DNA from: Deltaproteobacteria bacterium
GTDB taxonomy: Bacteria > Myxococcota > UBA727 > VGSZ01
DNA: 64,000 nt
Direction: 5' to 3'
NCBI GenBank assembly: GCA_016874845.1
Contig: VGSZ01000001.1
Location: 4,581-68,580, forward strand
Position 1 is the first letter of the stretch, and the number at the start of each line of letters is the position of its first letter. The translations under genes were made by a program, and so were the position numbers. Positions 44,945-56,299 of this stretch are shown here, piece by piece. The notes beneath the pieces were generated by a model that was not told the DNA's origin, did not search any database, and saw only the letters and a program-made list of their open reading frames with translations.

Positions 44945-47900
44945 ATGAAGACCCCGATCGTCGACGTCGCCCGCTCCTCGATCCCCTTCATGGTCGGCGC
45001 CGCCGCCGCGCCCAGTCCGCGGCCCGCACCGAGGCCCGCGCGGCCGATGATCGTTGTCCTCCTCATCGTCCTCCTCGTCCTGACGGCGGCGGCGTGTGGT
45101 CCCGCCGCGGTGGGTCCGCAGGGCCCGCAGGCCTGCTCCAGCGTGCAGCCCTGCGCCGCGGGTCGGGTCTGCGCCGATGGCTCTTGCGTAGCGCCGTGCA
45201 CGGAGGGCTCGTGCGCCACCGGTCAGTGCAACCCGGCCACCGGCGTCTGCGTCGACTGCCTGCAGAACGTCGACTGCGGCGACGGCCGCGTCTGCAACAC
45301 CTTCACCGGCCTGTGCAACACGCCCGCCGTCGACTGCGCCGACGACGGCGACTGCGACGGCGGCGCCCACTGCGACACGGCCAAGGGCGCCTGCGTCGCC
45401 TGTGTGGTCGACGAGCACTGCGGCCTCGGCGCGGTGTGCGATCCGCTGGCCCACGCCTGCGTCGTCGCGCAAGGCTGCGGCAGCGACGATGACTGTGACG
45501 GCCAGGTCTGCGACCCTGAGACGCGCACCTGCGTCGAGTGCTTCCACCCCGCGCACTGCGCGTCGGGGCAGTGCGACACCGTCGCGCGGCTGTGCGTCGC
45601 CGCCTGCGTCGACGACGACGCCACCGAGCCCAACACCGGCGCCGAGGCCGTGGCGCTGTCGTCGGGCGACGAGCACACCGGCCACATCTGCCCCGGCGAC
45701 GTCGACGAATTCGCCTTTGACGCCGAGGGCGACGTCGAGGTCGCCCTCGTCGCCGACGGCGGCGCGCTGTCGCTGGCGCTGTCGTCGGCCGCGGGCTTGA
45801 TCCTCGACACCGGCGCCGCCGGCGTGGGCGCCACGGGCCTCGCCGCCGGCCGCTACGTCGTCGTCGTGCGCGGCGCCGACGAGGGCGTCACCGCCGACTA
45901 CGCGCTGCGGCTCACGGTGACGCCGCCGCGGGTGTGCGCGCAGCTCGACGCCGAGCCCAACGACGCGACGGCGCAGGCCGCGCCGTTGCCGGTGGACGGG
46001 TCGGTGCGCGCCGGCCAGATCTGCGCGGGCGACGTCGACCACTGGCGGCTGGTGGCTGCCGCCGGCGACGATGTCACGGTGACGCTGGGGGCCGGCGACG
46101 GCGACGGCGCGCTGGCGCTGTCGATCCTGTCGGCCACCGGCGCCGTGCTCGCCCGCGGTGACGCCGCCGCGCCGGTGACGGCCAACGACACCGCCGGCGG
46201 CGCGCTGTTCGTGCGCGTCGAGGCCGCGGGCGGCGAGGCCGGCTACACGCTGCGGGCCACCACGAGCGCGGCGCCGCCGGTGTGCGTGCAGACCGACGCC
46301 GAGCCCAACGACACGCCCGCGCAGGCGCAGGCGCTGTCGACCACGACGGCGGCGCTCGGCCAGGTCTGCGCCGGCGACGTCGACCACTGGCGCTTCGCCG
46401 CCAACCCGCGCGACGACGTCGTCGTGACGTTGTCGGGCAGCGGCCTGCGGCTGCGCGTGCAAGACGCCAGCGGCGCGACGGTGGCCACGGGCACGGGCGC
46501 GGTGTCGTTGCCCGACGTCGCCGCCGGCACCTATGTCGTCGAGGTCAGCGGGCAGCAGCCGGCCACCGAGGCGGGCTACGCGCTGTCGCTCGCCGTCACG
46601 CCCGAGCCCGAGCCCGACCCGTGCGCCGAGGGCGGGCTCGAGCCCGACAGCGCCGCCAGCCCGCGGCCGCTGTCCACCGACAACGTCGCGCAGAGCGGCC
46701 GCATCTGCACGAGCGCCGCGACCGGCGGCGCGACCGACGTCGACTTCTTCGGCTTCACCGTGGTCGGCGCCACGCGCGAGGTGGCCGTCAGCGTGCGCTT
46801 CGTCGACGCCGACGGCGACCTCGACGTGCGCCTGAAGGACGCCGCCGGCGCGCTGGTCAAGACGTCGGCGGGCGTCACCGACGAGGAGCTGATCCTGCAA
46901 GACCTCGCCCCCGGCAGCTACATCGTCGAGGTCTACGGCTTCTCCGGCGCGCAGAACGCCTACACGGTCGCGGCAGCGATCGTGGCCTGCGCCGACGACG
47001 ACCTCGAAGAGAACGACCGCGCCGGCACGGCGACGCCGGTGGACGGCCGCGCCATCGCCGCCGTGCGCTGCCCCGGCGACGACGACTTCTACGCGGTGCG
47101 GCTCGAGGCCGGCGACGCTCTCGACGCGCGTCTGTCGGGCACGGGGCTGACGGTGTCGCTGCTGTCGCCGATGGGGGCGCTGCTGCAGGCCGACGTCGCC
47201 GACGGAGCCGGGCGCCGCGTGCAGGCCAGCGGTCTGGCCCCCGGGCGCTACGTGCTGCGCGTGACCGGCGCCGGCACCGCGCAGGCGGCCTACACGCTGT
47301 CGCCGACGGTGACGGCGACGCCGGCCCGCTGCGTCGACGACGGCGCCGAGCCCAACAACGGCACCGGCGACGCCTTCGTGCTCGACGCCAGCGGCCTGGC
47401 CGACGGCAGCTACGCGCTGTCGACGCTGACGATGTGCGAGGGCGCGCTCGCCACCGACACGTTCCTGCTCGACGTGCCCGCTGCCCGCTCGGTGCGCGTC
47501 GCCCTCGCCCACGCGACGACGTCGGATCTCGACCTGAGCGTGCAGGAGCAGCGCGGGACGAGCGGCCTGTTCCGGACCCTCGGCACCGGTCTGGCCTTCA
47601 CCGGCGCCCTCGACGAGGTCGGCGGCGTGATGAACGCCGGCGGACGGCTGCTCGTGCGGGTCACCGAGTTCGGCACGCAGCCCGTCGCGGGCCTGCCCTA
47701 CACGCTCGGGCTCGAGGTGGGCGACCCGCCCAACCAGGCCTGCGTCGACGACCGCTTCGACACCTTCACCGGCACGGTCAGCGACGCCGACGGCACGAAC
47801 CGCCGCACGGCGCGCTTCAGCAACGACGACGACACCGACGGCGACGCCGACCCGCTGACCAACGTGGCGCCGGTGCCGTTGTCGGCGCCCGAGACGCTGA

Positions 47901-48217
47901 CGGCGCTGCGCATCTGCCCCGACAACGCCGACTTCTTCAGCCTCAGCCTGACGCAGGGCCAGCGGGTCGTCGTCGACGTCGACTACGTCCACGCCAGCGG
48001 CCGCGACGTCGACCTGCGCGTCTATGGCCCCGACGGCAGCGTGACCCCCGACGACGCCGACGCGCTGCCCGACCGGCTGTCGTGCAGCTCGTGCGCCGGC
48101 GTCGACGGCAACGAGCGCTTCGAGACGACGGCGCCCACCGCCGGCACCTACTTCGTCGAGGTGTACGGCTTCTCGTCCGGCGAGAACTCCTACGACCTGC
48201 GCGTGACGACGCCCTGA
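44945..48217 (+). CDS. giant lipoprotein: N-terminal Cys-rich repeats followed by seven tandem pre-peptidase C-terminal (PPC) domains
   Basis: Lipobox LTAAAC. CxxGxC repeats. Seven repeats of AEPND...GQ(I/V)C.GDVD.W..AA...Y.L. The ATG overlaps the upstream stop. Confidence 0.8.
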   Translation: MKTPIVDVARSSIPFMVGAAAAPSPRPAPRPARPMIVVLLIVLLVLTAAACGPAAVGPQGPQACSSVQPCAAGRVCADGSCVAPCTEGSCATGQCNPATGVCVDCLQNVDCGDGRVCNTFTGLCNTPAVDCADDGDCDGGAHCDTAKGACVACVVDEHCGLGAVCDPLAHACVVAQGCGSDDDCDGQVCDPETRTCVECFHPAHCASGQCDTVARLCVAACVDDDATEPNTGAEAVALSSGDEHTGHICPGDVDEFAFDAEGDVEVALVADGGALSLALSSAAGLILDTGAAGVGATGLAAGRYVVVVRGADEGVTADYALRLTVTPPRVCAQLDAEPNDATAQAAPLPVDGSVRAGQICAGDVDHWRLVAAAGDDVTVTLGAGDGDGALALSILSATGAVLARGDAAAPVTANDTAGGALFVRVEAAGGEAGYTLRATTSAAPPVCVQTDAEPNDTPAQAQALSTTTAALGQVCAGDVDHWRFAANPRDDVVVTLSGSGLRLRVQDASGATVATGTGAVSLPDVAAGTYVVEVSGQQPATEAGYALSLAVTPEPEPDPCAEGGLEPDSAASPRPLSTDNVAQSGRICTSAATGGATDVDFFGFTVVGATREVAVSVRFVDADGDLDVRLKDAAGALVKTSAGVTDEELILQDLAPGSYIVEVYGFSGAQNAYTVAAAIVACADDDLEENDRAGTATPVDGRAIAAVRCPGDDDFYAVRLEAGDALDARLSGTGLTVSLLSPMGALLQADVADGAGRRVQASGLAPGRYVLRVTGAGTAQAAYTLSPTVTATPARCVDDGAEPNNGTGDAFVLDASGLADGSYALSTLTMCEGALATDTFLLDVPAARSVRVALAHATTSDLDLSVQEQRGTSGLFRTLGTGLAFTGALDEVGGVMNAGGRLLVRVTEFGTQPVAGLPYTLGLEVGDPPNQACVDDRFDTFTGTVSDADGTNRRTARFSNDDDTDGDADPLTNVAPVPLSAPETLTALRICPDNADFFSLSLTQGQRVVVDVDYVHASGRDVDLRVYGPDGSVTPDDADALPDRLSCSSCAGVDGNERFETTAPTAGTYFVEVYGFSSGENSYDLRVTTP

Positions 48218-48316
48218 ACGAAGGCTGCGGGGCGAAGACGCCGACGGGCCGGCGCGCGATCACCGTGGTGATCCGCGTCGGCCCGTCGTGCTCTCGTGCA
48301 TGTCCGCGTCGGCGGC

Positions 48317-50140
48317 TCAGAACGACGCTTCGGGCAGCTCCATCAGCGCCAGGTCGCCGCCCTCGATGACCTTCTTGTGCAGCGCGACGTTGGGCAGCAC
48401 TTCTTTCGCGTAGAAGCGCACGGCGGCGAGCTTGCCCTCGTAGAAGGCGCGGTCGGCCTCGCCGGCCTCGGGGAGCTTCTTCACGGCGACGATGGCCTGC
48501 TTCAAGAGCAGCCACCCGATCACGACCTCGGCGGTGCTTTCCAGGATGCGGTTCGCGTGCAGACCCACGTGGTACAGGCTCTCCTGCATGCGCGGCATCA
48601 TCACGCCGAGGATGCCCTGCAGCTGACCGAGCGCCTTGCCGAGCTGCTCCTTCTCGGCCTTCAGCTGCTCGCCGCCGGCGTCGCTCTCGATCGTGGCCGT
48701 GATCTCGCCGAGCAGCGCCATCAGCGTCTCGCCGCCGTCGCGGGCGACCTTGCGGAAGATCAGGTCGAGGGCCTGGATGTGCGTCGTGCCCTCGTACAGC
48801 GTGTCGATCTTCTGGTCGCGGATGTACTGCTCGATGGGCCAGTCCTGCGTGAAGCCCGCGCCGCCGAAGCACTGCAGCGACGAGTTCAACAGATCGTAGA
48901 CGCGCTCGCTGCTGTAGCCCTTGATGAGCGGCAAGAGCAGGTCGTTGAGCCGCGTCAGCTTCTTCGCCTCGTCGTGGGCGTGGCCGCCGGCGAGCTCGAC
49001 CTGATCCTGGATGAACGCGCCGTAGGTGGCCAGCGCGCGCAGGCCCTCGGCGAAGACCTTCTGCATCATCAGCATCCGGCGCACGTCGGGGTGCTGGATG
49101 ATGCGGACGCGCGGCGCCGTCTTGTCCATGATCTTCGTCAGGTCCGCGCCCTGCACGCGGTCCTTCGCGTAGGCCAGCGCGTTCAGGTACGCCGTCGACA
49201 GCGTCGCCATCGACTTCACGCCGATGAACATGCGCGCCTGCTCGATGACCTTGAACATCTGCGCGATGCCGTCGTGCACCTCGCCCACCAGGTAGCCCAC
49301 GGCGGGCTTGTCGGCGCCGAACTCGAACACGCACGTCGCCGACGCCTTGATGCCCATCTTGTGCTCGATGGACGTGACGAAGACGCCGTTGCGCTCGCCC
49401 AGGCTGCCGTCGTCGTTGACGAGGAACTTCGGCACGATGAACAGGCTCAGGCCTTTGGTGCCCGGCTTGCCACCCTCGGGCCGCGCCAGCACCAGGTGCA
49501 CGATGTTGTCGACGGCGTCGAAGTCGCCGTTGGTGATCCAGCACTTCGTGCCCGTCAGGTGCCACACGTCGCCCTCGACGTGCTTCGCCTTCGTGCGCGC
49601 CTCGCCGACGTCGGAGCCGGCCTGCGGCTCCGACAGCTGCATCGTGCCGCCCCACAGCTTCTCGATGATTGGACGCACGAAGCGCTTCTTCTGCGCCTCG
49701 GTGCCGAGCTCGTCGATGATCCGCGCGATGAACGTCCCGAACGCGTAGAACGCCACCGGCGCGTTCGACCCCACCAGCATCTCGTTGGCCGCCCAGCAGA
49801 TCGACGGCGGCGCCCCGACACCGTCGAGCTGCGTCGGCACCTCGAGCATGTGCCAGCCACCCTCGAACCACGCGTGGATCGACCTCTTGACGCCCTCGGG
49901 CAACGTCACGGTGCCGGTCGCCGGATCGAATTGCAGCGGCGTGCGGTCACCCTCGACGAACGACGCCGCGATCTCGTTCTCGCACACCTTCGCGACCTGC
50001 TTCAGCGAGTCGCGCATCGTCTCTTCGTCGAGGTGCGCAAACCCGCCCTGCCCGAGCACGTGCCGCTGCACCTCGAACACCTCGAACAGGTTGAAGAAGA
50101 TGTCGCGGAGGTTGCTCTTGTAGTGCAGCGAGTTCGCCAT
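48317..50140 (-). CDS. acyl-CoA dehydrogenase, long-chain/FadE-like (608 aa)
   Basis: Motifs QLSEPQAGSDVG and CFGGAGFTQDWPIEQYIRDQKIDTLYEGT. RBS GGAGAC upstream. Confidence 0.9.
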   Translation of the reverse strand: MANSLHYKSNLRDIFFNLFEVFEVQRHVLGQGGFAHLDEETMRDSLKQVAKVCENEIAASFVEGDRTPLQFDPATGTVTLPEGVKRSIHAWFEGGWHMLEVPTQLDGVGAPPSICWAANEMLVGSNAPVAFYAFGTFIARIIDELGTEAQKKRFVRPIIEKLWGGTMQLSEPQAGSDVGEARTKAKHVEGDVWHLTGTKCWITNGDFDAVDNIVHLVLARPEGGKPGTKGLSLFIVPKFLVNDDGSLGERNGVFVTSIEHKMGIKASATCVFEFGADKPAVGYLVGEVHDGIAQMFKVIEQARMFIGVKSMATLSTAYLNALAYAKDRVQGADLTKIMDKTAPRVRIIQHPDVRRMLMMQKVFAEGLRALATYGAFIQDQVELAGGHAHDEAKKLTRLNDLLLPLIKGYSSERVYDLLNSSLQCFGGAGFTQDWPIEQYIRDQKIDTLYEGTTHIQALDLIFRKVARDGGETLMALLGEITATIESDAGGEQLKAEKEQLGKALGQLQGILGVMMPRMQESLYHVGLHANRILESTAEVVIGWLLLKQAIVAVKKLPEAGEADRAFYEGKLAAVRFYAKEVLPNVALHKKVIEGGDLALMELPEASF

Positions 50141-50384
50141 CGTCGTCTCCCGTCCGTCCGTCCCGCCCGGCCGCGTCTGGCCGGTGCGTGCGTGCGTGTT
50201 TGTTGACTCTGATGTCAATCTAGCGTGACGCGTCGCGCCGTTCAACGGCGGATCCGGCCTCGTCGACGTCGCTCCGCCCCCGCCGGCCGCCCCCATCGCC
50301 GTCGCGACGGACCGCCGCCCGCGCCGCCAGAGCGCGAAAAGACTCGCCCGCCGGTCGGGAAATGCCCGTGTATCGTGCCGCCCC

Positions 50385-51268
50385 GTGACCCCGCGTCGTC
50401 CCGCCGTGCTCGCGTCGTCGGCGCTCGTCGCCGCGCTGCTCGGCTGTCCGTCGCCGTCGTCTTCGCCGTCGCCGTCGTCGCCGTCCTCAGGGCCGGCGAC
50501 GACGTCCGCCCCGGTGGAGACGGTGGAGCTGTCGGGCAGCGCCTGGTGCGGACGCTGGCGCATCACGATGGCCGCGCCGACGGCGAAGGCGGCGGCGCGC
50601 GCGCGGGGGCCCTGGGCGCGTCCGTCGACGGAGCGCTCGCCGAGCTGTCGCGGCAGGTCGACCTGACGAACCCCGACAGCGAGCTGGTCGCGCTCCACAC
50701 GCCCCTCGCGCAGCAGCCCCGGCGTGCTGACCCGCCGCCGCCGCGCGGCACCGTCTCGCAAGGCACCGCGCTGCTCGTGCAGCGCGCCCTCGCCGTCGCC
50801 GTCGCCACCGAGGGCGCCTTCGACCCCACGCGTCCCGCGTCGCCGTGGACGACGGTCACGCGACCGACGTTCCGTCGCCTCGCCGTCGACGGCGGCCGCC
50901 TGCGCCTCGACGGCTACGACGTCGTCGTCGACCTCGGCGCCGTCGTCGACGCCGCGGCCGCCGCCGCCCTCGCCCGCGTGGTCGAAGAGCACGGCTTCGC
51001 CGACGCCGCCGTCGCCGTCGCCGACGACGGCAGCGACGTCTTCGTCCGGGGCGGCCACGCGCGCGCCACCGCCCGTCGGCCCGCAGCGGGCGCGCTCGAC
51101 CCGCGCGACGGCGCGCTGGTCACGACGGGCCCCCTCTCGTGCACCGTCGCCGCCGACGACGCGGTGGTCGCCGCCGGGCTCGCGCAGGCGTGCCTGGTGC
51201 TCGGCGCCGAGGGCGTGCGGGCGGCGGCAGCGACGCTGGGCGCCCACGCGGAGCCCACAGCGCCGTAA
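50385..51268 (+). CDS. ApbE-like FAD:protein FMN transferase lipoprotein; apparent frameshift near 50588
   Basis: Signal/lipobox LVAALLGC is in frame 0 (ORF 50385..50666). ApbE motifs LTNPDSELVALHT, GAFDPTR, VDLGAVVD and LDPRDGALVTTGPLSCTV..ADAVVAAGLAQACLVLG are in frame 2 (ORF 50225..51268). Confidence 0.5.
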
Positions 51269-51319
51269 GCGCCGACGACGTCGTCGCCGGCGACGATGTC
51301 CACGTCGACGGAGGCGAGG

Positions 51320-52693
51320 TCAGCGGCGCTCGGCGACCATGTAGAAGGAGCCCTCGCGGTGCTCGCCGGCGGTCTCGAGAGCCTGTCGCGACACGTTCTT
51401 GCGGACGCCGCCGTTGGGGTCGAACATCTCGTAGCTGCCGTCGCTGTTCTTCTTCGACAGCACGAAGATGTGGCCGAAGCCGCTGGCGGTGAAGGGCCGG
51501 CCGAGGCCGACGATCACCGGGTTGCTCTTGGCCAGCTGCGCGTCGATGTCGCCGAAGCTGCGGGCGCCGCGCGGCCAGTCGCGGTCGTAGTGGGTGACGC
51601 CGGGCGGCAGGTGCCGCGACATCGCCGCGCGCAGGTCGGCGTCGCCGGGCTGCTCGGCGCGCAACGTCCGGTCGGTGATCGGCGCCTTGCCCGTGCCGAG
51701 CGACTTGTTCCACGCGTTGGTCACCATCGCCACCGACGTCAGCCCGCAGCTGGTGGCGTCGCGCTGCGCGAGCACGCGCAGCTGACTGGCCGGCGCGCCG
51801 GCCACCGCCGTCGACGACGACGTCTGCCGCACGTCGGCGGCGTCCTTGAGCGCGCGGTAGGTCAACGGCCCCATGCCGCCCCAGCCCGGCGACGCGGGGG
51901 TCATGCCGAGCAGCCGACGCTGCGCGTCCTCGACGGCGGCGCGGGTGGTGGGGCCGAACACGCCGGTTTGACCCGCCGGGCCCATGCCGAGCAGCCGCTG
52001 CATGCCCCGCACGTGCGAGCCGCTCTCGCCCTGCTGGATGGGGTTGCCCGTCGCGATCCGCATCTCGAGGTTATGGGCGTCGGACGAGGCGCTGCCCGCC
52101 TTCTTCAGCGCCGTCATCGTCGCGCCGCCGACGACGCCGTCGTCGGCCAGCCCCTGCTGCCGCTGGAAGGCGCGCAGCGCGCTCTCGGTGCGCGGGCCGA
52201 ACTCGCCGTCCTGCTCGATGGTCTTCATGCCGAGGAACCGCTGCAGGTCGACGACCTCGGCCCCCTTCGCCCCCTGCCGCAGCAGCTGGCCGCGCTGCAC
52301 CAACGCCTCGAGCTTCGTGCCCGGCACGTCGGCCACGCGGGCCCGCGCGGCGGCGTCGGCGGCCTGCGCGGACTGCCGGCTCTGCTGCACCGCCGCCGCG
52401 TCGGCGGGGGCGCGCGCCGTCGTCGCGGTCGTCGTCGTCGCCGCCGTCGTGGCCGTCGTCGTCGCCGGGGCTGGACCGACGTCGAGCTGCAGGCCGACGG
52501 GCAGGGCGGTGTCAGGGATCGACGCCAGCTGCGGGTTGCGCGCCCGCAGCGCGTCGACGTCGGTGCCGTACGCGCGCGCCAGGCCCCACAGTGTGTCGCC
52601 GGCCCGGACGACGTGCGACCGCGTCGTCGCGTCGGTGGTCGGCCGGGGCGTCGTAGTCGGGGTGGTCGTGCTGGGGGCGGCGCTGACTTGCAT
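51320..52693 (-). CDS. secreted cell-wall-binding protein: LysM + two peptidoglycan-binding (PG_binding_1) domains + C-terminal papain/C39-like domain
   Basis: LysM VVRAGDTLWGLARAYGTDVDALRARNPQL. PG-binding GAKGAEVVDLQRFLGM...GEFGPRTESALRAFQ (two copies). Cys motif DATSCGLTSVAMV. Confidence 0.7.
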   Translation of the reverse strand: MQVSAAPSTTTPTTTPRPTTDATTRSHVVRAGDTLWGLARAYGTDVDALRARNPQLASIPDTALPVGLQLDVGPAPATTTATTAATTTTATTARAPADAAAVQQSRQSAQAADAAARARVADVPGTKLEALVQRGQLLRQGAKGAEVVDLQRFLGMKTIEQDGEFGPRTESALRAFQRQQGLADDGVVGGATMTALKKAGSASSDAHNLEMRIATGNPIQQGESGSHVRGMQRLLGMGPAGQTGVFGPTTRAAVEDAQRRLLGMTPASPGWGGMGPLTYRALKDAADVRQTSSSTAVAGAPASQLRVLAQRDATSCGLTSVAMVTNAWNKSLGTGKAPITDRTLRAEQPGDADLRAAMSRHLPPGVTHYDRDWPRGARSFGDIDAQLAKSNPVIVGLGRPFTASGFGHIFVLSKKNSDGSYEMFDPNGGVRKNVSRQALETAGEHREGSFYMVAERR

Positions 52694-52961
52694 GGGACCT
52701 CCGGTCAGAGAGGATTTCGGCGCCGGTGGTCGTGCCGGTTCGGCCGCTCAGCAGGTTGACCGATGCGCCCGTGCGACCGGATGGATCCCCGCGCGCCAGC
52801 GCTTACATAACCATGCACCGTGACGGGCGAAAAAATGTGAATTCGTCGACGACAAACCGCGTCGCTCGTGCACGAAATCCGCGGGCCGACGGTAGAGAGG
52901 GTGAAGGCGGATGCGGCGGGGATGCAGATCAAGCTTCCCCGGCGATCCGGGTTTGATTAGT

Positions 52962-52978
52962 GTGAACACGCGTTCAGC
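52962..52978. promoter_or_regulatory. LexA (SOS) box, Cheo/deltaproteobacterial type GTGAACACGCGTTCAGC, upstream of recA
   Basis: Palindrome TGAAC-N4-GTTCA. Matches CTRHAMRYBYGTTCAGS at 16 of 17 positions. Lies 92 bp before the recA ATG. Confidence 0.6.
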
Positions 52979-53069
52979 CCTGAACGAAACCCCGTGGGGA
53001 CTGAACATCCGGGACGAACGCAGCAGCCGGCGCGGGTCGCGTGCGGCCGACGCAACTGAGGAGCAGGCG

Positions 53070-54212
<1,143 letters not shown>

Positions 54213-54392
54213 GGCCTCTTCGCCGCCGGTCGCCTCTGGCGCCCCGCGCCTCCGCCGCAGCCACGGCGAAGGTGCGGGGCGCGCTCGTGCGTGCGCTCGT
54301 GCGTGCGCGCTGGCGCGCTCGCTGGCGCGCTCGTCGACGTCGTTCCTGACCGCTCGAGACCGGCGGGGCGCCCTGCGGCGACCGTCCCTGCC

Positions 54393-55859
54393 TCAGCGCT
54401 TCGCCAGCTCCTCGTCGACGAGCTGCTGGACCTGTTTGGGGTCGGCGCCCTGGCCGAGGGCCTTCAGGCTCTGGCCGACGAGGAAGCCCTTGATCTTGTC
54501 CTTGCCGCTCTTCACCTGCGCGACCTGTGCGGGGCTCTTGTCGAGCACCTCGCGCACGACGGCGCGGGCCCGCGCTTCGACGTCGCCGCCCTGCTGCAGG
54601 CGCAGGCCGCGCGCGTCGACGAGGGCGTCGACGTCGACGACGGCGCCCGTGTCGGCGTCGTCCGTGTCGTGCAGGGCGCGCAGCACGTCCTTGGCGCCGC
54701 GGCCGGCGACGGCGCCCTCGTCGACGAGGGCGACCAGCCGACCGAGCGCCGAAGGCGGCACGCGCGCGAGGCCCTCGGGCAGACCGAGCACCTCGTTCAC
54801 GACCCAGTTGGCGACGGCCTTCGCCCGCGTCGCCGACGCCGCGGCGCCGCCGGCGGCGGAGAGCGCCGCCTCGAAGAACGCCGTCGTCGCCGGCTCGTCG
54901 ACGAGGGTGGCGGCGGCGCCCGTGGCGATGCCCAGCGCCTCGTAGCGCGCGCGGCGGGCGGCGGGCAGCTCGGGCAGGGTGGCCTTGACGTCGTCGAGGC
55001 GCGCCTCGTCGATGACGAGCAGCGGCAGGTCGGGGTCGCCCAGGTAACGGTAGTCGGGGGCGTCCTCCTTCGTGCGCATCACGCGGCTCTCGCCGCGGTC
55101 GGGGTCCCACAGGCGGGTCTCCTGCGTCACCGTGCCGCCCGCCGACAGCAGCGCGATCTGGCGTCGCGCCTCGTGGGCGACGGCGTCGTGCAGGAAGCGC
55201 GGGCTGTTGATGTTCTTCAGCTCGACGCGGGTGCCGAGCGGCGCGCCGCGGCGACGCACGCTGACGTTGGCGTCGGCGCGCATCGAGCCCTCCTGCAGGT
55301 TGCCGTCGCACGCCGCCACCGCCATCGCCAACGACCGCAGCGCGCGAAAGAACCGCATCGCCTCGTCAGGCCCGCGCAGCGCCGGCTGCGTGACCACCTC
55401 GAGCAGTGGCGTGCCGGCGCGGTTCCAGTCCAGGCGCGTGCCGAGCTCGTCGTGGACGCTCTTGCCGGCGTCTTCCTCGAGGTGGGCGCGCACGAGCGGG
55501 ATGGCGCGCGGGCCGTCGGCGCCGTCGATGACGACGTGGCCGTCCGACAGGAGCGGCTCGTCGGCCTGCGTGATCTGGTAGCCCTTCGGGCTGTCCGGAT
55601 AGAAGTAGTGCTTGCGCGCAAAGCGGCTCGTCGCCCGCACCGTGCAGCCCAGCGCCACGCCCAGCCGCAGCGCCAGCGTCACCGCCTCGTCGTTCAGCAC
55701 CGGCAGCGCGCCGGGCAGGCCGACGTCGACGGCGTCGATGTCGACGTTGGGCGGCTGCCCGAAGCGCACCGGCGCCACCGAGAACAACTTCTGCGCCGTC
55801 CTCAGCTGCACGTGGACCTCGAGGCCCACCACCGTCTCCCAGTCGCCGCCTGCTGCCAT
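54393..55859 (-). CDS. gatB: Asp-tRNA(Asn)/Glu-tRNA(Gln) amidotransferase subunit B
   Basis: Motifs GLEVHVQL, KHYFYPDSPKGYQITQ and LKNINSPRF. Start at the internal Met of ORF 54393..55982. Confidence 0.9.
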   Translation of the reverse strand: MAAGGDWETVVGLEVHVQLRTAQKLFSVAPVRFGQPPNVDIDAVDVGLPGALPVLNDEAVTLALRLGVALGCTVRATSRFARKHYFYPDSPKGYQITQADEPLLSDGHVVIDGADGPRAIPLVRAHLEEDAGKSVHDELGTRLDWNRAGTPLLEVVTQPALRGPDEAMRFFRALRSLAMAVAACDGNLQEGSMRADANVSVRRRGAPLGTRVELKNINSPRFLHDAVAHEARRQIALLSAGGTVTQETRLWDPDRGESRVMRTKEDAPDYRYLGDPDLPLLVIDEARLDDVKATLPELPAARRARYEALGIATGAAATLVDEPATTAFFEAALSAAGGAAASATRAKAVANWVVNEVLGLPEGLARVPPSALGRLVALVDEGAVAGRGAKDVLRALHDTDDADTGAVVDVDALVDARGLRLQQGGDVEARARAVVREVLDKSPAQVAQVKSGKDKIKGFLVGQSLKALGQGADPKQVQQLVDEELAKR

Positions 55860-56037
55860 CGTCGTCTCCGCGCCGGGCGCGCCCACCCGCGCGACCCCGC
55901 GAAGTCTGCGCCAGACCCCCCGCCGCTGTCGCGGGAGGACGACGGGTGCGTCATCACGCCACGGCGCACCGGTTCGCTGCACAGCGGCGCCCCCGCCGAC
56001 GAGGAAGAGATGCCGGGGCCGCTCGGCAGGAGAAAGT

Positions 56038-56245
56038 CATGGAGCAGAGCGAGCGGGATGACGCGTTGGAGGGGTTGGACATCGTGGGGGCAGCGCTGCG
56101 CGGGGCGCTGGCGCTGGCGCGGGGGGGCGAAGAGTCGCCGACGTCGTCCCGGATGACCGAGCTGGCGGCGGTGTTGACGTTGGCGTCGCACGGCCTCGCC
56201 GAGGTCATCCGTCGGCTGGAAGACGGCCGCTCCCCGTCAGGCTGA
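56038..56245 (+). CDS. small hypothetical ORF (69 aa)
   Basis: RBS AGGAG 7 nt upstream. Codon preference (TTG, GGG) is atypical for this window. Confidence 0.3.
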
Positions 56246-56299
56246 GCGGCGCGTCGGGGCGTGGGGTCAGGCGCGGCGCGCGAGGACTTCGGCCCGGCT

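Noticed and set aside
54213-54392. GC-rich inverted and direct repeats between convergent recA and gatB (GCCCCGC...GCGGGGC; gcgctcgtgcgt x2)
   Set aside because: Plausibly a bidirectional terminator, but it lacks a T-run. Insufficient to call.
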